A stretch of 64,000 bases of DNA from an uncultured Pelagibacteraceae bacterium (GCA_902629695.1 CACORY010000001.1:28566-92565); one strand, 5' to 3'. Counted from the first letter of the stretch, positions 1-11,747 are shown. Notes: generated by a model not told the origin, from the sequence alone. Program-made: numbers and translations.

Positions 1-834
1 AGTTTAGATAGATTTATCAAAAGGATTGATACAGAAAATGTTATTTCTGAATTAATAGATTTAAGTTCTCCAGATCCTGAAAAAAAAACTTTTTTTTTAT
101 GGCCTGAGGGGATTGTACCTGACACTTATCAAGATCAGTTAATTTTTTATAATGATTTATTTAAAAAAAATTTTAATAAAAATCATTTGATTGGGCTCGG
201 GATAACAACGAAGTCTATGAATGATGGAGAATACGAATATTATAATTCATTTTCTGTATTTGATAGTGATCTAAATTTAATTAAAAATTATAACAAAGTG
301 AATTTAGTACCTTTTGGAGAATTCTTACCATTGGAAAATTTCTTAAATAAGGTTGGTTTTAAGACAATAACTAATAATTTTGGATCTTTCTCCAAAGGTG
401 AAAAAAGAAAGATAATTAAAATGGAAAAGAATTTTGAAAATTTAAGTTTCCTACCGTTAATTTGTTATGAAATAATCTATAGTGGTAAATTAACAACAAA
501 TTTTAATTTTGATTATATCTTTAATATTTCTGAAGATGGTTGGTTTGGAAAATCTATTGGTCCAAAACAACATTTAGTTCATAGTGTTTATAGGGCAATA
601 GAAAGTGGAAAATACGTAATTAGATCCTCTAATAATGGTGTTGCGGTAATAATTAATCCGTTGGGTGAAATTGAAAATAAAATAGATTATGGAAAAGATG
701 GTTTTATTGATTTTGATAAAAGAAGAGACTTAGGACAAACAGTATTTTCTAAATATGGAAATAAGATATTCTTTATATTAATTTTATTGTATATTTTTTT
801 AATTTTTTCATTTAATAGGTTCAAAAATGAGTGA
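1..834 (+). CDS. lnt: Apolipoprotein N-acyltransferase (5' truncated by window)
   Basis: Frame is open from base 1 (..[10 protein letters not shown]..); contains [23 protein letters not shown] and RAIE..RSSNNG nitrilase-fold motifs; C-terminal TM helix. Confidence 0.95.
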   Translation, partial: SLDRFIKRIDTENVISELIDLSSPDPEKKTFFLWPEGIVPDTYQDQLIFYNDLFKKNFNKNHLIGLGITTKSMNDGEYEYYNSFSVFDSDLNLIKNYNKVNLVPFGEFLPLENFLNKVGFKTITNNFGSFSKGEKRKIIKMEKNFENLSFLPLICYEIIYSGKLTTNFNFDYIFNISEDGWFGKSIGPKQHLVHSVYRAIESGKYVIRSSNNGVAVIINPLGEIENKIDYGKDGFIDFDKRRDLGQTVFSKYGNKIFFILILLYIFLIFSFNRFKNE

Positions 835-1996
835 TTTAAAAAATTTTCTTTTTACTAGCGAGTCAGTTTCTGAAGGTCATCCAGACAAAGTATCAGACAG
901 AATTTCAGATATGGTGGTTGACACATATCTATCAGGAGATCCTTACTCAAGAGTTGCATGCGAAACACTTACTACTACGAATAAAGTTGTATTAGCGGGT
1001 GAAGTCAGGGGACCTGAAATAAAAAAAAATGAATTAATAAACAAAGTTAGAGAATGTATAAAAGATATAGGATATGACCAAAACGGTTTTACTTGGAAAG
1101 AAGCAACAAAAATTGAAAGTCATTTACATTCTCAATCTGCAGATATCGCCATGGGAGTAGACTCAGCTGGTAATAAAGATGAAGGTGCTGGAGATCAGGG
1201 TATTATGTTTGGTTATGCATGCAATGAAACAGATGGTTTAATGCCAGCTCCTATTCATTATTCTCATAAAATTTTAAGATTAATGGCTATTGATAGAAAA
1301 TCTGGTAAATTAAAAAACATTGAACCAGACTCAAAAAGTCAGGTCACTTTCGAATATTCAAATGGAAAACCTATAAAAGTAAAATCAGTTGTTATTTCAT
1401 CTCAGCACTCTCCTGATGTAAATCAAGAACAAGTTAAGGAATTACTAAGACCTTATATGGTTAATTCAATTCCAAAAATTTTTATGGAAGATTTTAAAGA
1501 GGAAGAGTTTTACGTTAATCCAACTGGAAACTTTGTAATAGGAGGACCTGATGGAGATTGTGGTTTGACAGGTAGGAAGATTATTGTTGATACTTATGGT
1601 GGTGCCGCGCCTCATGGGGGTGGGGCCTTTTCGGGAAAAGATCCAACAAAAGTTGATAGGTCAGCTGCTTATGCTGCAAGGTATATTGCAAAAAATGTAG
1701 TTGCTTCAAAAATTTCTGAAAAATGCTTAATTCAACTTGCATATGCTATAGGCGTATCAAAACCTTTATCAATTTATGTAAATCTTTTTGATGGAGACAT
1801 TGAAAAAAATAAATATGTTGAAAAAAAAATAATTGAAAATTTCGATTTAAGTCCTAGAGGTATCCGAGAAATGCTAAATTTAAATAAACCGATTTATGAA
1901 AAAACATCTGCTTATGGACATTTTGGAAGAGATCCTGAAAAAGATGGTTCATTTTCATGGGAAAATACAGACAAATTAAGTATTTTTTCTAAATAG
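827..1996 (+). CDS. metK: S-adenosylmethionine synthetase
   Basis: [19 protein letters not shown] and [16 protein letters not shown] motifs. Confidence 0.99.
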   Translation: MSDLKNFLFTSESVSEGHPDKVSDRISDMVVDTYLSGDPYSRVACETLTTTNKVVLAGEVRGPEIKKNELINKVRECIKDIGYDQNGFTWKEATKIESHLHSQSADIAMGVDSAGNKDEGAGDQGIMFGYACNETDGLMPAPIHYSHKILRLMAIDRKSGKLKNIEPDSKSQVTFEYSNGKPIKVKSVVISSQHSPDVNQEQVKELLRPYMVNSIPKIFMEDFKEEEFYVNPTGNFVIGGPDGDCGLTGRKIIVDTYGGAAPHGGGAFSGKDPTKVDRSAAYAARYIAKNVVASKISEKCLIQLAYAIGVSKPLSIYVNLFDGDIEKNKYVEKKIIENFDLSPRGIREMLNLNKPIYEKTSAYGHFGRDPEKDGSFSWENTDKLSIFSK

Positions 1997-2053
1997 TTTA
2001 TATTGAATAATTAAAAAACTTGAATATATTTTAACAACATTGTCGAATTATTT

Positions 2054-2080
2054 AAAATGGGCTTTGGCCCATTTTTTTTT
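2054..2080 (+). terminator. Terminator/attenuator-like hairpin in the nusA leader
   Basis: AAAATGGGC-TTTG-GCCCATTTT followed by a T-run, ending 15 nt before the nusA ATG. Confidence 0.7.
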
Positions 2081-2095
2081 GGAGAAGAGTAAAAT

Positions 2096-3649
2096 ATGTT
2101 AAATAAAAGAGCAGATAAATTAGAGCTTTTAAGAATTGCTGAAGCTGTAGCTTTAGAAAAATCTATTGATAAAGAGTTAATTATAAATTCAATGGAAACA
2201 GGGATTGCTAAAGCAGCTAAATCAAAATTTGGTTATGATAATGAGATAAAAGTATTAATTAATAGAGAAAATGGAGATATTGAAATATTTAGAAAATTAA
2301 TAATTGCGGATAATCCTGAAAATTCAAATACAGAAATAAAGTTGGAGGATGCAATTAATTTAAATGAATTAAATAAAGATAAAAAAATTGGTGATGAAAT
2401 TCTTCAACCCCTCCCATCATTTGATTTTGGAAGAATTGCTGCACAAACTGCAAAACAAGTTATAAGTTTTAATGTAAGAGAAGCAGAGCGCGAAAAACAA
2501 TTTAATGATTTTATAGATAAAAAAGACACTATTTTAAGCGGTATCGTAAAAAGATTAGAATTTGGAAACGTAATTATGGATCTTGGACGAACAGAGGCTA
2601 TTGTTCAAAAAAATGAATTGATTCCGAGGGAAAATATTAAACCTGGGGATAGATTAAAAGCGTATTGTTATGATGTTAGAAGAGAAACTAGAGGTCAACA
2701 AATTTTTTTATCAAGAGCCCATCCAAAATTTATGGAAAAACTTTTTGTTCAGGAAGTACCTGAAATCTACGATGGATTAATTGAAATAAAATCATCTTCA
2801 AGAGACCCTGGTAGTAGAGCAAAAATTTGTGTTAAGGCTGTTGATACATCACTTGATCCAGTAGGTGCTTGCGTAGGTATGAGAGGTTCAAGAGTTCAAG
2901 CAGTAGTTAATGAATTACAAGGAGAAAAAATTGACATTGTTAATTGGTCAGAAGATCCAGCAACATTAGTTTCAAATTCATTATCTCCTGCTGAAGTTCA
3001 GAGAGTAAACGTTGATGAAGATAGAAAAAAGTTGGATGTAATACTCACAGAAGATAATTTAAGTAAAGCTATTGGTCGGAGAGGCCAAAATGTTCGATTA
3101 GCAACAAAACTTATAAACTATGAAATAAATATAATGACTGATCAGGAAGACTCGGAAAGAAGACAGCAAGAATTTAAGGAGAAGACAGACAATTTTGTTA
3201 AAAATTTAGAATTAGATGAAACTCTAGGTCAATTATTAGTAGCTGAGGGTTTTTCCACAATTGATGATATTAAAGATACAAATTTAGAAAATTTAACAAA
3301 AATAGAAGGTATTGAAGAAGACACTGCTAAAGCATTAATTGAAAGAGCAAAAGAATTTTATCAAAAAGATCAAGAAGATATTGCACAAAGAATAAAAGAT
3401 TTAGGTTTAGCTGACGATCTCATAAATTTAAAAGGCCTAACCCCTGGAATGCTAGTTACACTTGGTGAGCAAAAGATATTGAATCTTGAAGATTTTGCGG
3501 ATTTAGCATCTGATGAATTAACTGGAGGGTTTGATGTTATTAAAGGTGAGAGAGTAAAAATCCAAGGATATTTAGAGGATTTCGCGTTATCTAAAAATGA
3601 GGCGGATGAACTTATAATGTCTGCTAGAAATATTGTTTATAAAGATTAG
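2096..3649 (+). CDS. nusA: Transcription termination factor NusA
   Basis: FGRIAAQTAKQVI, S1/KH domains, DPVGACVGMRGSRV, AIGRRGQNVRLA, acidic AR repeats. Confidence 0.99.
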   Translation: MLNKRADKLELLRIAEAVALEKSIDKELIINSMETGIAKAAKSKFGYDNEIKVLINRENGDIEIFRKLIIADNPENSNTEIKLEDAINLNELNKDKKIGDEILQPLPSFDFGRIAAQTAKQVISFNVREAEREKQFNDFIDKKDTILSGIVKRLEFGNVIMDLGRTEAIVQKNELIPRENIKPGDRLKAYCYDVRRETRGQQIFLSRAHPKFMEKLFVQEVPEIYDGLIEIKSSSRDPGSRAKICVKAVDTSLDPVGACVGMRGSRVQAVVNELQGEKIDIVNWSEDPATLVSNSLSPAEVQRVNVDEDRKKLDVILTEDNLSKAIGRRGQNVRLATKLINYEINIMTDQEDSERRQQEFKEKTDNFVKNLELDETLGQLLVAEGFSTIDDIKDTNLENLTKIEGIEEDTAKALIERAKEFYQKDQEDIAQRIKDLGLADDLINLKGLTPGMLVTLGEQKILNLEDFADLASDELTGGFDVIKGERVKIQGYLEDFALSKNEADELIMSARNIVYKD

Positions 3650-3659
3650 AGGATGAGAA

Positions 3660-5876
3660 ATGGAAAACAAAAAAACAAAACTTACTATTTCTGGAAATCC
3701 AAAAAAAAAGATCAGAAGCTTTCAAACAACTAGATCAAAAGGCCAAAAGACTGTATTTATAGATAAGCAATCAGATCGATCAATAAAAAAAAATAATTTT
3801 ACAAAATCATCTGGGTCAAAACCTACTTTTTCAAATTTTAAAAAAAATAATATTTTAAACAATAAATTTTCATCTCAATTACCACCAATTCAATCTGATT
3901 TTGAGAGACGCAAACTAGCTGAGCAAAGGGCTACTAAGAGATTAAAAGGTGATATAGATAATAAAGATAAAAAATCAAAATTAGGCTCTAAAAAAAGAGA
4001 ATTTAAACTTACTGTATCTCGAGCTTTAAGTGATGAGATTGAAACAAGAGAAAGAAGTTTAGCATCTGTAAAAAGAGCGAGACAAAAAGAGCTTAAAAAT
4101 TCTAATAAAGATCAAAATAATGAAAATTTAAAGAATGTTAAAAGAGACGTTAACATCCCTGAGGCAATAACTGTAAGAGAGTTAGCCAACAGAATGGCAG
4201 AACAGTCAAGCAATGTTATTAAACATTTGTTTGGAATGGGTGTTACAGTCACGATAAATCAAACGCTAGCCGCAGATACCGCAGAATATTTAGTAAAAGA
4301 ATTTGGGCATAATCCGATAAGGGAAGAAAAAGCAGAAGAAATTATAAAAAAAATAAAAGAGTCAAGATCAGAAAATTTAAAAAATAGACCACCTATAATT
4401 ACTGTTATGGGACATGTAGATCATGGTAAAACTTCTGTTTTAGACGTTTTAAGAAGTGCTAATGTTGTTTCTGGAGAGTTTGGAGGAATCACTCAACATA
4501 TTGGCGCTTATCAGATTGAGAGCAATTCACAAAAACTTACTTTTATAGACACGCCAGGACATGCTGCTTTTACCGAAATGAGAGCAAGGGGTTCAAAACT
4601 TACTGATATTGTAGTTTTAGTAGTTGCTGCTGATGATGGAGTAAAACCTCAAACTGTTGAGTCTATCAAGCATGCAAAAGCGGCAAATGTCCCAATAGTT
4701 GTCGCAATAAATAAATGTGATTTACCAGAGGCAGAGCCACAAAAAATTAAAAATCAACTCTTAGAACATGAATTGGTAGCTGAAGATTTATCAGGTGATA
4801 CCTTAATGGTTGAAATTTCAACAAAAACAAAATTGAATTTGGATAAACTCGTTGAGTCTATAATCCTTCAAGCAGAAATTTTAGATTTAAAAACCGATTT
4901 CGAATCTAAAGCAACTGGTATTGTTTTGGAATCAAAAATTGATATTGGCAAAGGACCTGTGGCTAATATAATCGTAACATCAGGAACTGTAAGAAAAGGA
5001 GATTTTTTTGTTAGTGGTTTAAGATGGGGCAAAGTAAGAGCAATTGTAAATGATAAGGGAAAAATTATAGATAAAGCTTTACCTTCAACACCAGTTGAAA
5101 TTTTAGGAATTAACGGAGCCGCAAAGTCCGGTGACGATTTTATAGTTTTAGACACAGAGAAAGAAGCTAAAGTACTAAGTGAAAATAGAGCACAAGAAAG
5201 CAAAGAGAATAAGAATCCTTTATCGTTTGCAACTCAAGAGTCTGCATTTTCAGATAAATCTTCTGAGGAATTAAATTTAATTATTAAATCTGATGTACAT
5301 GGTTCTTCAGAAGCAATTAAAAACGCTATAAGCCAAATAAAACATGATGAGGTAAAACCTAAAATCATCTTAGCAGATATTGGAATGGTTACAGAAACTG
5401 ACGTGACTTTAGCAAAGGCTTCTAATGCTGTATTGATTGCTTTTAATGTAAAGCCAAGCAAGGAAGCAAAAAAATTGGCGGAAAATGAAAATATTAAGAT
5501 AATTTCGTATAATATTATTTATGAAGTTTTGGATTTTATTAAGAAAAAAATGTCTGGTTTACTCACACCAGATATAGAGGAAAAAGTCACTGGAACTGCG
5601 CAAATTTTGGAAATATTTAAAGTTTCAGGAGCAGGAAAAGTTGCAGGATCAAAAATCACAGATGGCGAAATATCAAGTAACTCAAATGTTAGGATAATTA
5701 GAGATGGATCAATTATTTTTACCGGGAAGATTGGAAGTATTTTTAGAGAAAAAAATCAGGTAAAACAGGTTAATAATGGTCAAGAGTGCGGTATAACTTT
5801 AAAGGATTACATGGATTTTCGAAAAAATGACACTATTGAGGCTTTTAATGTAATATCAAAGGAGAGGACAATATAA
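3660..5876 (+). CDS. infB: Translation initiation factor IF-2
   Basis: MGHVDHGKTS, GGITQHIGAY, DTPGHAAF, NKCD GTPase motifs. Confidence 0.99.
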   Translation: MENKKTKLTISGNPKKKIRSFQTTRSKGQKTVFIDKQSDRSIKKNNFTKSSGSKPTFSNFKKNNILNNKFSSQLPPIQSDFERRKLAEQRATKRLKGDIDNKDKKSKLGSKKREFKLTVSRALSDEIETRERSLASVKRARQKELKNSNKDQNNENLKNVKRDVNIPEAITVRELANRMAEQSSNVIKHLFGMGVTVTINQTLAADTAEYLVKEFGHNPIREEKAEEIIKKIKESRSENLKNRPPIITVMGHVDHGKTSVLDVLRSANVVSGEFGGITQHIGAYQIESNSQKLTFIDTPGHAAFTEMRARGSKLTDIVVLVVAADDGVKPQTVESIKHAKAANVPIVVAINKCDLPEAEPQKIKNQLLEHELVAEDLSGDTLMVEISTKTKLNLDKLVESIILQAEILDLKTDFESKATGIVLESKIDIGKGPVANIIVTSGTVRKGDFFVSGLRWGKVRAIVNDKGKIIDKALPSTPVEILGINGAAKSGDDFIVLDTEKEAKVLSENRAQESKENKNPLSFATQESAFSDKSSEELNLIIKSDVHGSSEAIKNAISQIKHDEVKPKIILADIGMVTETDVTLAKASNAVLIAFNVKPSKEAKKLAENENIKIISYNIIYEVLDFIKKKMSGLLTPDIEEKVTGTAQILEIFKVSGAGKVAGSKITDGEISSNSNVRIIRDGSIIFTGKIGSIFREKNQVKQVNNGQECGITLKDYMDFRKNDTIEAFNVISKERTI

Positions 5877-6244
5877 TGGCTGATAGAATAGGAAAACCAA
5901 TCTCACAAAGACAATTGAGAGTTGGGGAAATGATTAAGCAATCTTTAAGTATGATTTTTTTAAGAAATGAGGCTAAAGTGCCGAATTTAGAAACTAATAA
6001 TATAACTGTTACTGAAGTTAGAATGAGTCAAGATTTAAAAATAGCAAAAGCTTATGTTTTACCTTTAGGTGGAAAGGATGCAGATCGAGTTGTTAAAATA
6101 TTAAAAGAATACTCATTTTTGATAAGAAAAATCCTTTCACAGAAAGTAATAGTAAAATTTTTACCAAAAATTCTCTTTCATAAAGATGAGTCTTTTGAGT
6201 ATGCAGAAAAAATAGAAAATTTAATTAAACAAACAAATAAATAG
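5876..6244 (+). CDS. rbfA: Ribosome-binding factor A
   Basis: RQLRVGE..ITVTEVRMSQDLKIAKAY..P.I.F..D.S; follows infB. Confidence 0.95.
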   Translation: MADRIGKPISQRQLRVGEMIKQSLSMIFLRNEAKVPNLETNNITVTEVRMSQDLKIAKAYVLPLGGKDADRVVKILKEYSFLIRKILSQKVIVKFLPKILFHKDESFEYAEKIENLIKQTNK

Positions 6245-6254
6245 GAAAGTAGAT

Positions 6255-6503
6255 ATGAGTAAAAAAACATCAGAACTGGCTATCCATGACAAGGATACAG
6301 GCTCATCTGAAATACAAATAGCTTTATTAACTGAAAAAATTGAGAATTTATCTAAGCACATTAAGCAGTTTAAAAAAGATAAACACTCCTCAGTTGGTTT
6401 ACTAAAAGCAGTTAACAAAAGAAAAAAATTGTTAGATTACCTTAAAAGAAATAAGGTAGATTCTTACAAAAATGTACTGTCGAAATTGAATTTGAGAAAG
6501 TAA
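6255..6503 (+). CDS. rpsO: 30S ribosomal protein S15
   Basis: DTGSSEIQIALLT, HSSVGLLK.V.KRKKLLDYL. Confidence 0.98.
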   Translation: MSKKTSELAIHDKDTGSSEIQIALLTEKIENLSKHIKQFKKDKHSSVGLLKAVNKRKKLLDYLKRNKVDSYKNVLSKLNLRK

Positions 6504-6560
6504 AAATCAAGATAGATAGAACGGTATGGAACGAAAAGAACGAAAAGAAATGGAAATGAA

Positions 6561-8633
6561 ATGTTTAAAGTATATAAGAAGGAAATTGAAGTAGCAGGGA
6601 AAAAGATAAGTTTAGAAACAGGCAAAGTGGCAAGACAAGCAGATGGAGCGATAATTGCAACATGTGGAGAAACGGTTGTTTTAGCAACTGTAGTGGGAGC
6701 AAAAAAAGTTAATCCAGATGTAGATTATTTTCCATTATCTGTAAATTACCAGGAAAAATACTATGCAGCGGGAAAAATTCCAGGTGGGTATTTTAAAAGG
6801 GAAGCAAGACCAACTGAAAGCGAAACATTAATATCTAGATTAATTGATAGACCAATCAGACCATTATTTCCTGATGAATTCAAAAATGAAGTTCAATTAC
6901 TACCAACTGTAATTTCTTACGATAAAGAAAATGAAGCAGATATTTTATCAATCACGGCTTCATCAGCAGCATTAGCTATATCGGGAATGCCATTTATGGG
7001 CCCTGTTGGTGCTTCTAGAGTTGGATATATTGATGGAAAATATATTTTAAATCCATCTAAAGCAGAATTAGAAAAATCAAAATTAGATTTAGTTGTAGCA
7101 GGCACAAAAGATGCTGTGCTTATGGTTGAGTCAGAGGCAAGTTGTTTAACAGAAGAAGAAATGTTAAATGCAGTTAAATTTGGTCACGAAGGCTTTGTTC
7201 CTGTAATTAAAATGATTGAGGAACTTGCAAAAGAATGTAGAAAACCTGAATGGACTGTTGAAAAGAAAGATCTATCTGAAGTTAAGAAAAAACTTGAAGA
7301 AACTTTTACAGAGGATCTTAAAATAGCCTTTGCAACAAGAGACAAACAAGATAGGTCAAATCAAATTTCTGAAGTAACTGATAAAGCTAAAAAACTTTAT
7401 GAGGAAGATGAAAATTATACAGATTTAGATATAAATTCTGAGCTAAAAAAGATAGAAAAATCAATTGTAAGAACCGATATTTTAAAAAATAAGAACAGAA
7501 TTGATGGCAGAGGCTTATCTGATGTAAGACCTATTTCTTGTGAAGTTGGTATTTTACCAAGAACTCATGGTTCTGCTTTATTCACAAGAGGAGAAACACA
7601 AGCAATTGTAACAGCTACCCTGGGTACTTCTGATGATGAACAAAGAATTGAAAGCTTAGATGGATTGCAAAGAGAAAGATTTATGCTTCACTATAACTTT
7701 CCACCATTCTCAGTTGGAGAAACAGGGAGGATTGGAACTGGTAGAAGAGAAATAGGTCATGGTAAATTAGCGTGGAGAGCTATTCATTCTTCATTACCAT
7801 CAAAAGAAGCATTTCCTTACACTTTTAGGATAGTTTCGGAGATTACTGAGTCTAATGGTTCATCTTCAATGGCTACTGTTTGTGGAACATCTTTAGCATT
7901 AATGGATGCAGGAGTTCCGATTAAAGAACCAGTTGCAGGTATAGCGATGGGCCTAATCAAAGAAGGTGACGATTTTACTGTTTTATCAGATATTTTAGGT
8001 GATGAAGATCATTTAGGAGATATGGATTTTAAAGTTGCGGGAACTAAAGATGGAATTACTTCACTTCAAATGGACATTAAAATTACTGGTATTACATTTG
8101 AAATTATGGAGCAAGCTTTAAGTCAAGCTAAAGATGGAAGAGTTCATATCTTAGGAGAAATGAATAAAGCTTTATCTGCTTCAAGAGCAAATGTTGGAAA
8201 ACACACTCCAAAAATGGAAAAAATAAATGTTGATAAAAAAGAAATTGCTGCTGTGATTGGAAAAGGTGGAGCAACAATAAGAGAGATAGTTGAAAAATCA
8301 GGTGCGAAAGTAGATGTAAATGATGAAGGTGTAGTAACGGTTGCTGCTCCAGACGAAGAATCCAGAAACATTGCAATGCAAATGATAAAGGACATTACTG
8401 CAAAAGCTGAATTAAATAAGATTTATTCAGGCAAGGTTATGAAAATTATGGAGTTTGGTGCATTTGTTAATTTCTTAGGTAAACAAGATGGACTTGTCCA
8501 TATATCAGAACTTGCGAATAAAAGGGTTGCTAAAGTTACAGACGTTGTAAAAGAAGGTGATGAAGTAAAAGTTAAAGTAATTGGTTTTGACAGAGGTAAA
8601 GTAAAACTTTCTATGAAACAAGCAACTGAGTAA
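6561..8633 (+). CDS. pnp: Polyribonucleotide nucleotidyltransferase
   Basis: [42 protein letters not shown]; KH and S1 domains. Confidence 0.99.
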   Translation: MFKVYKKEIEVAGKKISLETGKVARQADGAIIATCGETVVLATVVGAKKVNPDVDYFPLSVNYQEKYYAAGKIPGGYFKREARPTESETLISRLIDRPIRPLFPDEFKNEVQLLPTVISYDKENEADILSITASSAALAISGMPFMGPVGASRVGYIDGKYILNPSKAELEKSKLDLVVAGTKDAVLMVESEASCLTEEEMLNAVKFGHEGFVPVIKMIEELAKECRKPEWTVEKKDLSEVKKKLEETFTEDLKIAFATRDKQDRSNQISEVTDKAKKLYEEDENYTDLDINSELKKIEKSIVRTDILKNKNRIDGRGLSDVRPISCEVGILPRTHGSALFTRGETQAIVTATLGTSDDEQRIESLDGLQRERFMLHYNFPPFSVGETGRIGTGRREIGHGKLAWRAIHSSLPSKEAFPYTFRIVSEITESNGSSSMATVCGTSLALMDAGVPIKEPVAGIAMGLIKEGDDFTVLSDILGDEDHLGDMDFKVAGTKDGITSLQMDIKITGITFEIMEQALSQAKDGRVHILGEMNKALSASRANVGKHTPKMEKINVDKKEIAAVIGKGGATIREIVEKSGAKVDVNDEGVVTVAAPDEESRNIAMQMIKDITAKAELNKIYSGKVMKIMEFGAFVNFLGKQDGLVHISELANKRVAKVTDVVKEGDEVKVKVIGFDRGKVKLSMKQATE

Positions 8634-8671
8634 ATTTTCGGGGACACCTGGAAGCAGAATGCACTTTTTTA

Positions 8672-9457
8672 TCAAGTAATATTCTTTGGATCGGGCATTC
8701 CAACTTTGTTATATCCAGCATCTACGTAGTGAATTTCACCAGTTACTCCGTTTGCAAGGTCACTTAGTAGGTATAATGCTGAATTTCCAACGTCATGGAT
8801 ATCTACGTTCCTTTTTAGGAAAGAATGATCTTCATTCCATTTATATAGGAATTTTGCATCTCCGATTGCAGATGCAGCTAATGTTTTAATAGGGCCTGCG
8901 CTTATTGCATTTACTCTCATGCCTTTGGCACCTAAATCCCTAGCAAGATATTTTACACTTGCCTCAAGAGCAGATTTACAAACACCCATTACATTATAAT
9001 TTGGAATTGCTTTAGTGGATTCATAAGTTAAAGTTAACATACTTCCACCTTTTTTCATTACTTTAGATGCTTCTTTTGCTATTTCGGTAAATGAAAAACA
9101 TGAAATCAACATACTTCTCAAAAAATTCTCTCTAGTAGTATTTAAATATTCACCTGATAATTCTGACTTATCTGAAAAAGCAACAGCATGAACAACAAAA
9201 TCAATTCCATCCCATTGTGATTTTATATCCTCAAATAATTTTATTACTTCTTCTTTTTTTTCAACATCACAACTAAATGTTACTTTTGAGTTCAACTTAT
9301 CAGCTAAAGGGATTACTCTTTTTTTTAAAGCATCTCCTAGATAAGTAAATGCAAGTTCTGCACCAGCTTCAGCTAGTTTTTGTGAAATACCCCAAGCTAT
9401 AGATCTCTCATTGGCAACTCCCATGATTAATCCTTTTTTACCTTTCATTAAACTCAT
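8672..9457 (-). CDS. fabI: Enoyl-ACP reductase (NADH)
   Basis: GVANERSIAWGI, YNVMGVCKSALE, AISAGPIKTLAA. Confidence 0.97.
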   Translation of the reverse strand: MSLMKGKKGLIMGVANERSIAWGISQKLAEAGAELAFTYLGDALKKRVIPLADKLNSKVTFSCDVEKKEEVIKLFEDIKSQWDGIDFVVHAVAFSDKSELSGEYLNTTRENFLRSMLISCFSFTEIAKEASKVMKKGGSMLTLTYESTKAIPNYNVMGVCKSALEASVKYLARDLGAKGMRVNAISAGPIKTLAASAIGDAKFLYKWNEDHSFLKRNVDIHDVGNSALYLLSDLANGVTGEIHYVDAGYNKVGMPDPKNIT

Positions 9458-9459
9458 AA

Positions 9460-10671
9460 TTAGACCTTTTCAAAAATTAATGCAGCATTGGTTCCACCAA
9501 AACCAAAACTATTAGACATAACTGTATTTAAAGTTACCCCTTTTTCTGTTTTAGCAACTATAGGAAATTTTTTTGCTTCTTCATCCATTTCATTTATGTT
9601 TGCAGATCCAGCAATAAAATCATTTTTCATCATAATTAAGCAATAAATTGCTTCATGAACTGATGCAGCTCCCAATGGATGTCCTGATAAAGATTTAGTT
9701 GAACTAATTTTTGGAATACTGTCTCCAAAAGTATTTTTAACAGCATTCAACTCTGTGATATCTCCAACCGGAGTAGAAGTTCCATGAGTATTGATATAAT
9801 CAATTTTATTTTTAGTTGTAGCCATTGCCATCTGCATGCATCTTACTGCACCTTCACCAGACGGGGCTACCATATCGTATCCATCCGAAGTTGCTCCATA
9901 ACCCGTTAATTCCGCATATATTTTGGCACCCCTAGCTTTGGCATGTTCATATTCTTCAAGAACTAAAACACCACCTCCACCCGCAATCACAAAACCATCT
10001 CTTGTTTTATCATATGCTCTTGATGCTGTTTCTGGAGTATCATTATATTTTGATGATAAAGCAGTCATAGCATCAAACATTGCAGTCATTGCCCAATGAA
10101 TTTCTTCACTACCTCCCGCAAATACAATATCTTGTTTACCCATTTGAATTAATTCCATAGAGTTTCCAATACAGTGTCCACTAGTTGCGCAAGCTGAGCT
10201 CATTGTATAGTTTGTTCCTTTTATTTTAAATGGTACAGCTAGTGTTGCAGAAGCTGTGCTTGCCATTGTTCTTGGAACAATAAATGGGCCCATTAATTTA
10301 GGAGTTTTAGCTCTAGTTTTATCTGCAGCTAAAATTACATTTTCGATAGAGGGACCTCCAGAACCCATTACAATTCCAGTTTTAAAATTACTTACTTCAT
10401 TTTCCTCTAAGCCAGAATCTTTAATTGCCTCTTTCATTGCAATATAGTTATAAGCTGAGCCAGAACCCATAAACCTAATAGTTTTTCTATCAACATGATC
10501 TTCAAGTTTAATATCTGGTTTTCCATGAACATGACTTTTTAAGTTATGTTCTTTGTATTCCTCAGAAAAAGTAATACCAGATTTTGAGTTTAAAAGTGAT
10601 TGATAAACTTCTTCTTGATTGTTACCCAAACAAGAAACTATGCCTAAACCTGTAATTACAACCCTTCTCAT
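9460..10671 (-). CDS. fabB: 3-oxoacyl-ACP synthase I
   Basis: [34 protein letters not shown]; lies between fabA and fabI. Confidence 0.95.
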   Translation of the reverse strand: MRRVVITGLGIVSCLGNNQEEVYQSLLNSKSGITFSEEYKEHNLKSHVHGKPDIKLEDHVDRKTIRFMGSGSAYNYIAMKEAIKDSGLEENEVSNFKTGIVMGSGGPSIENVILAADKTRAKTPKLMGPFIVPRTMASTASATLAVPFKIKGTNYTMSSACATSGHCIGNSMELIQMGKQDIVFAGGSEEIHWAMTAMFDAMTALSSKYNDTPETASRAYDKTRDGFVIAGGGGVLVLEEYEHAKARGAKIYAELTGYGATSDGYDMVAPSGEGAVRCMQMAMATTKNKIDYINTHGTSTPVGDITELNAVKNTFGDSIPKISSTKSLSGHPLGAASVHEAIYCLIMMKNDFIAGSANINEMDEEAKKFPIVAKTEKGVTLNTVMSNSFGFGGTNAALIFEKV

Positions 10672-11171
10672 TATTTGAATAATCCTACTTTTAGACTTTC
10701 TGCTGAGTATATCTTTTTATCATCTGCCAAAAGAACTCCATTAGCTAAACCAACAGTAGTTCCACCTGGTGACATAATTTTTTTCATATCAATTTTATAT
10801 TTTACAAGTTTTACATTTTGTAAAACTTCTCCAGTAAATTTTACAGTGCCGACACCAAGAGCTCTACCTCTCCCTGGGTTTCCAATCCATCCTAAAAAAA
10901 ATCCTACTAACTGCCACATTGCATCTAAACCAAGACAGCCAGGCATTACAGGATCTTCCTTAAAATGACAATCAAAAAACCAATGATCTTTTTTAATGTC
11001 TAATTCAGCTTTAAGTGATCCTTTTTTAAATGCTCCGTCGCCATCATTTATTTCTGTAATTCTATCAAACATCAACATTGGTGGAAGAGGTAATTTAGCA
11101 TTACCTGGACCAAATAATTGGCCATTGCCACAACTAATCAGATCTTCATATGAGTATGAATTTTTTTTCAT
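10671..11171 (-). CDS. fabA: 3-hydroxydecanoyl-ACP dehydratase/isomerase
   Basis: [36 protein letters not shown]. Confidence 0.97.
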   Translation of the reverse strand: MKKNSYSYEDLISCGNGQLFGPGNAKLPLPPMLMFDRITEINDGDGAFKKGSLKAELDIKKDHWFFDCHFKEDPVMPGCLGLDAMWQLVGFFLGWIGNPGRGRALGVGTVKFTGEVLQNVKLVKYKIDMKKIMSPGGTTVGLANGVLLADDKKIYSAESLKVGLFK

Positions 11172-11227
11172 AAAATTGAGTACTCTTATTTACTTGATTT
11201 TATCAATATATAATATATCTAATGTAG

Positions 11228-11244
11228 TTTAGAATAATTATAAC
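11228..11244 (+). promoter_or_regulatory. Putative Irr box (ICE) upstream of irr
   Basis: TTTAGAA-TAA-TTATAAC versus ICE consensus TTTAGAA-N3-TTCTAAA. Confidence 0.6.
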
Positions 11245-11260
11245 AAAAAGTATATTAGAA

Positions 11261-11659
11261 GTGAAATACATTGAAAAACTAAGAAATTCAGGACTAAGGC
11301 CAACTAAACAAAGGCTCCAAATATGTGAAGTTTTGTTTGATACTGAAAAAACATTTCATTTCACTATCAACGACCTGGCAAATAAAATTAGGAAACAATT
11401 AAATAATAAAATCTCTTTAGCTACTGTTTACAATACTGTTCATGCTTTTGAAAAAAAAGGATATTTAAAACAAATACCAATTAACTCAAATCAAACTTAT
11501 TTTGATACAAACGTTTCAGACCATCATCATTTTTATGATTTGAAGGATGAAAAATTAATTGATTTAGAAGCTTCTGAAGTTGGGCCAATAAAAATTTTAA
11601 AGCAAATCAACGGAAAAAAAATTAAATCTGTAGAAGTTCTAGTAAAGCTAGAGGATTAA
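11261..11659 (+). CDS. irr: Fur-family iron response regulator Irr
   Basis: GLRPTKQRL, ISLATVYNT, YFDTN.SDHHHF; divergent from fabA as is typical for alphaproteobacterial irr. Confidence 0.88.
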   Translation: MKYIEKLRNSGLRPTKQRLQICEVLFDTEKTFHFTINDLANKIRKQLNNKISLATVYNTVHAFEKKGYLKQIPINSNQTYFDTNVSDHHHFYDLKDEKLIDLEASEVGPIKILKQINGKKIKSVEVLVKLED

Positions 11660-11692
11660 TTTCAAAAAATATATAGGGTCATTTTTATACAA

Positions 11693-11721
11693 TTGACACT
11701 TTTTTAGAATCGTTATAAACT
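11693..11721 (+). promoter_or_regulatory. katG sigma70 promoter with overlapping Irr box (ICE, 11703-11719)
   Basis: TTGACA(11693)-17nt-TAAACT; TTTAGAA-TCG-TTATAAA is one mismatch from the ICE consensus; AAGGAG SD before the ATG. Confidence 0.7.
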
Positions 11722-11747
11722 AGAAATTAATAATTAAGGAGATATCT

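Noticed and set aside
6518-6546. GAAC repeats as an alphaproteobacterial LexA box
   Set aside because: Spacings are 6 and 5 nt, not the GAAC-N7-GAAC required.
8634-8671. Relatively GC-rich spacer between convergent pnp and fabI
   Set aside because: Too short, with only a 3-bp stem; no recognisable RNA family or att site.
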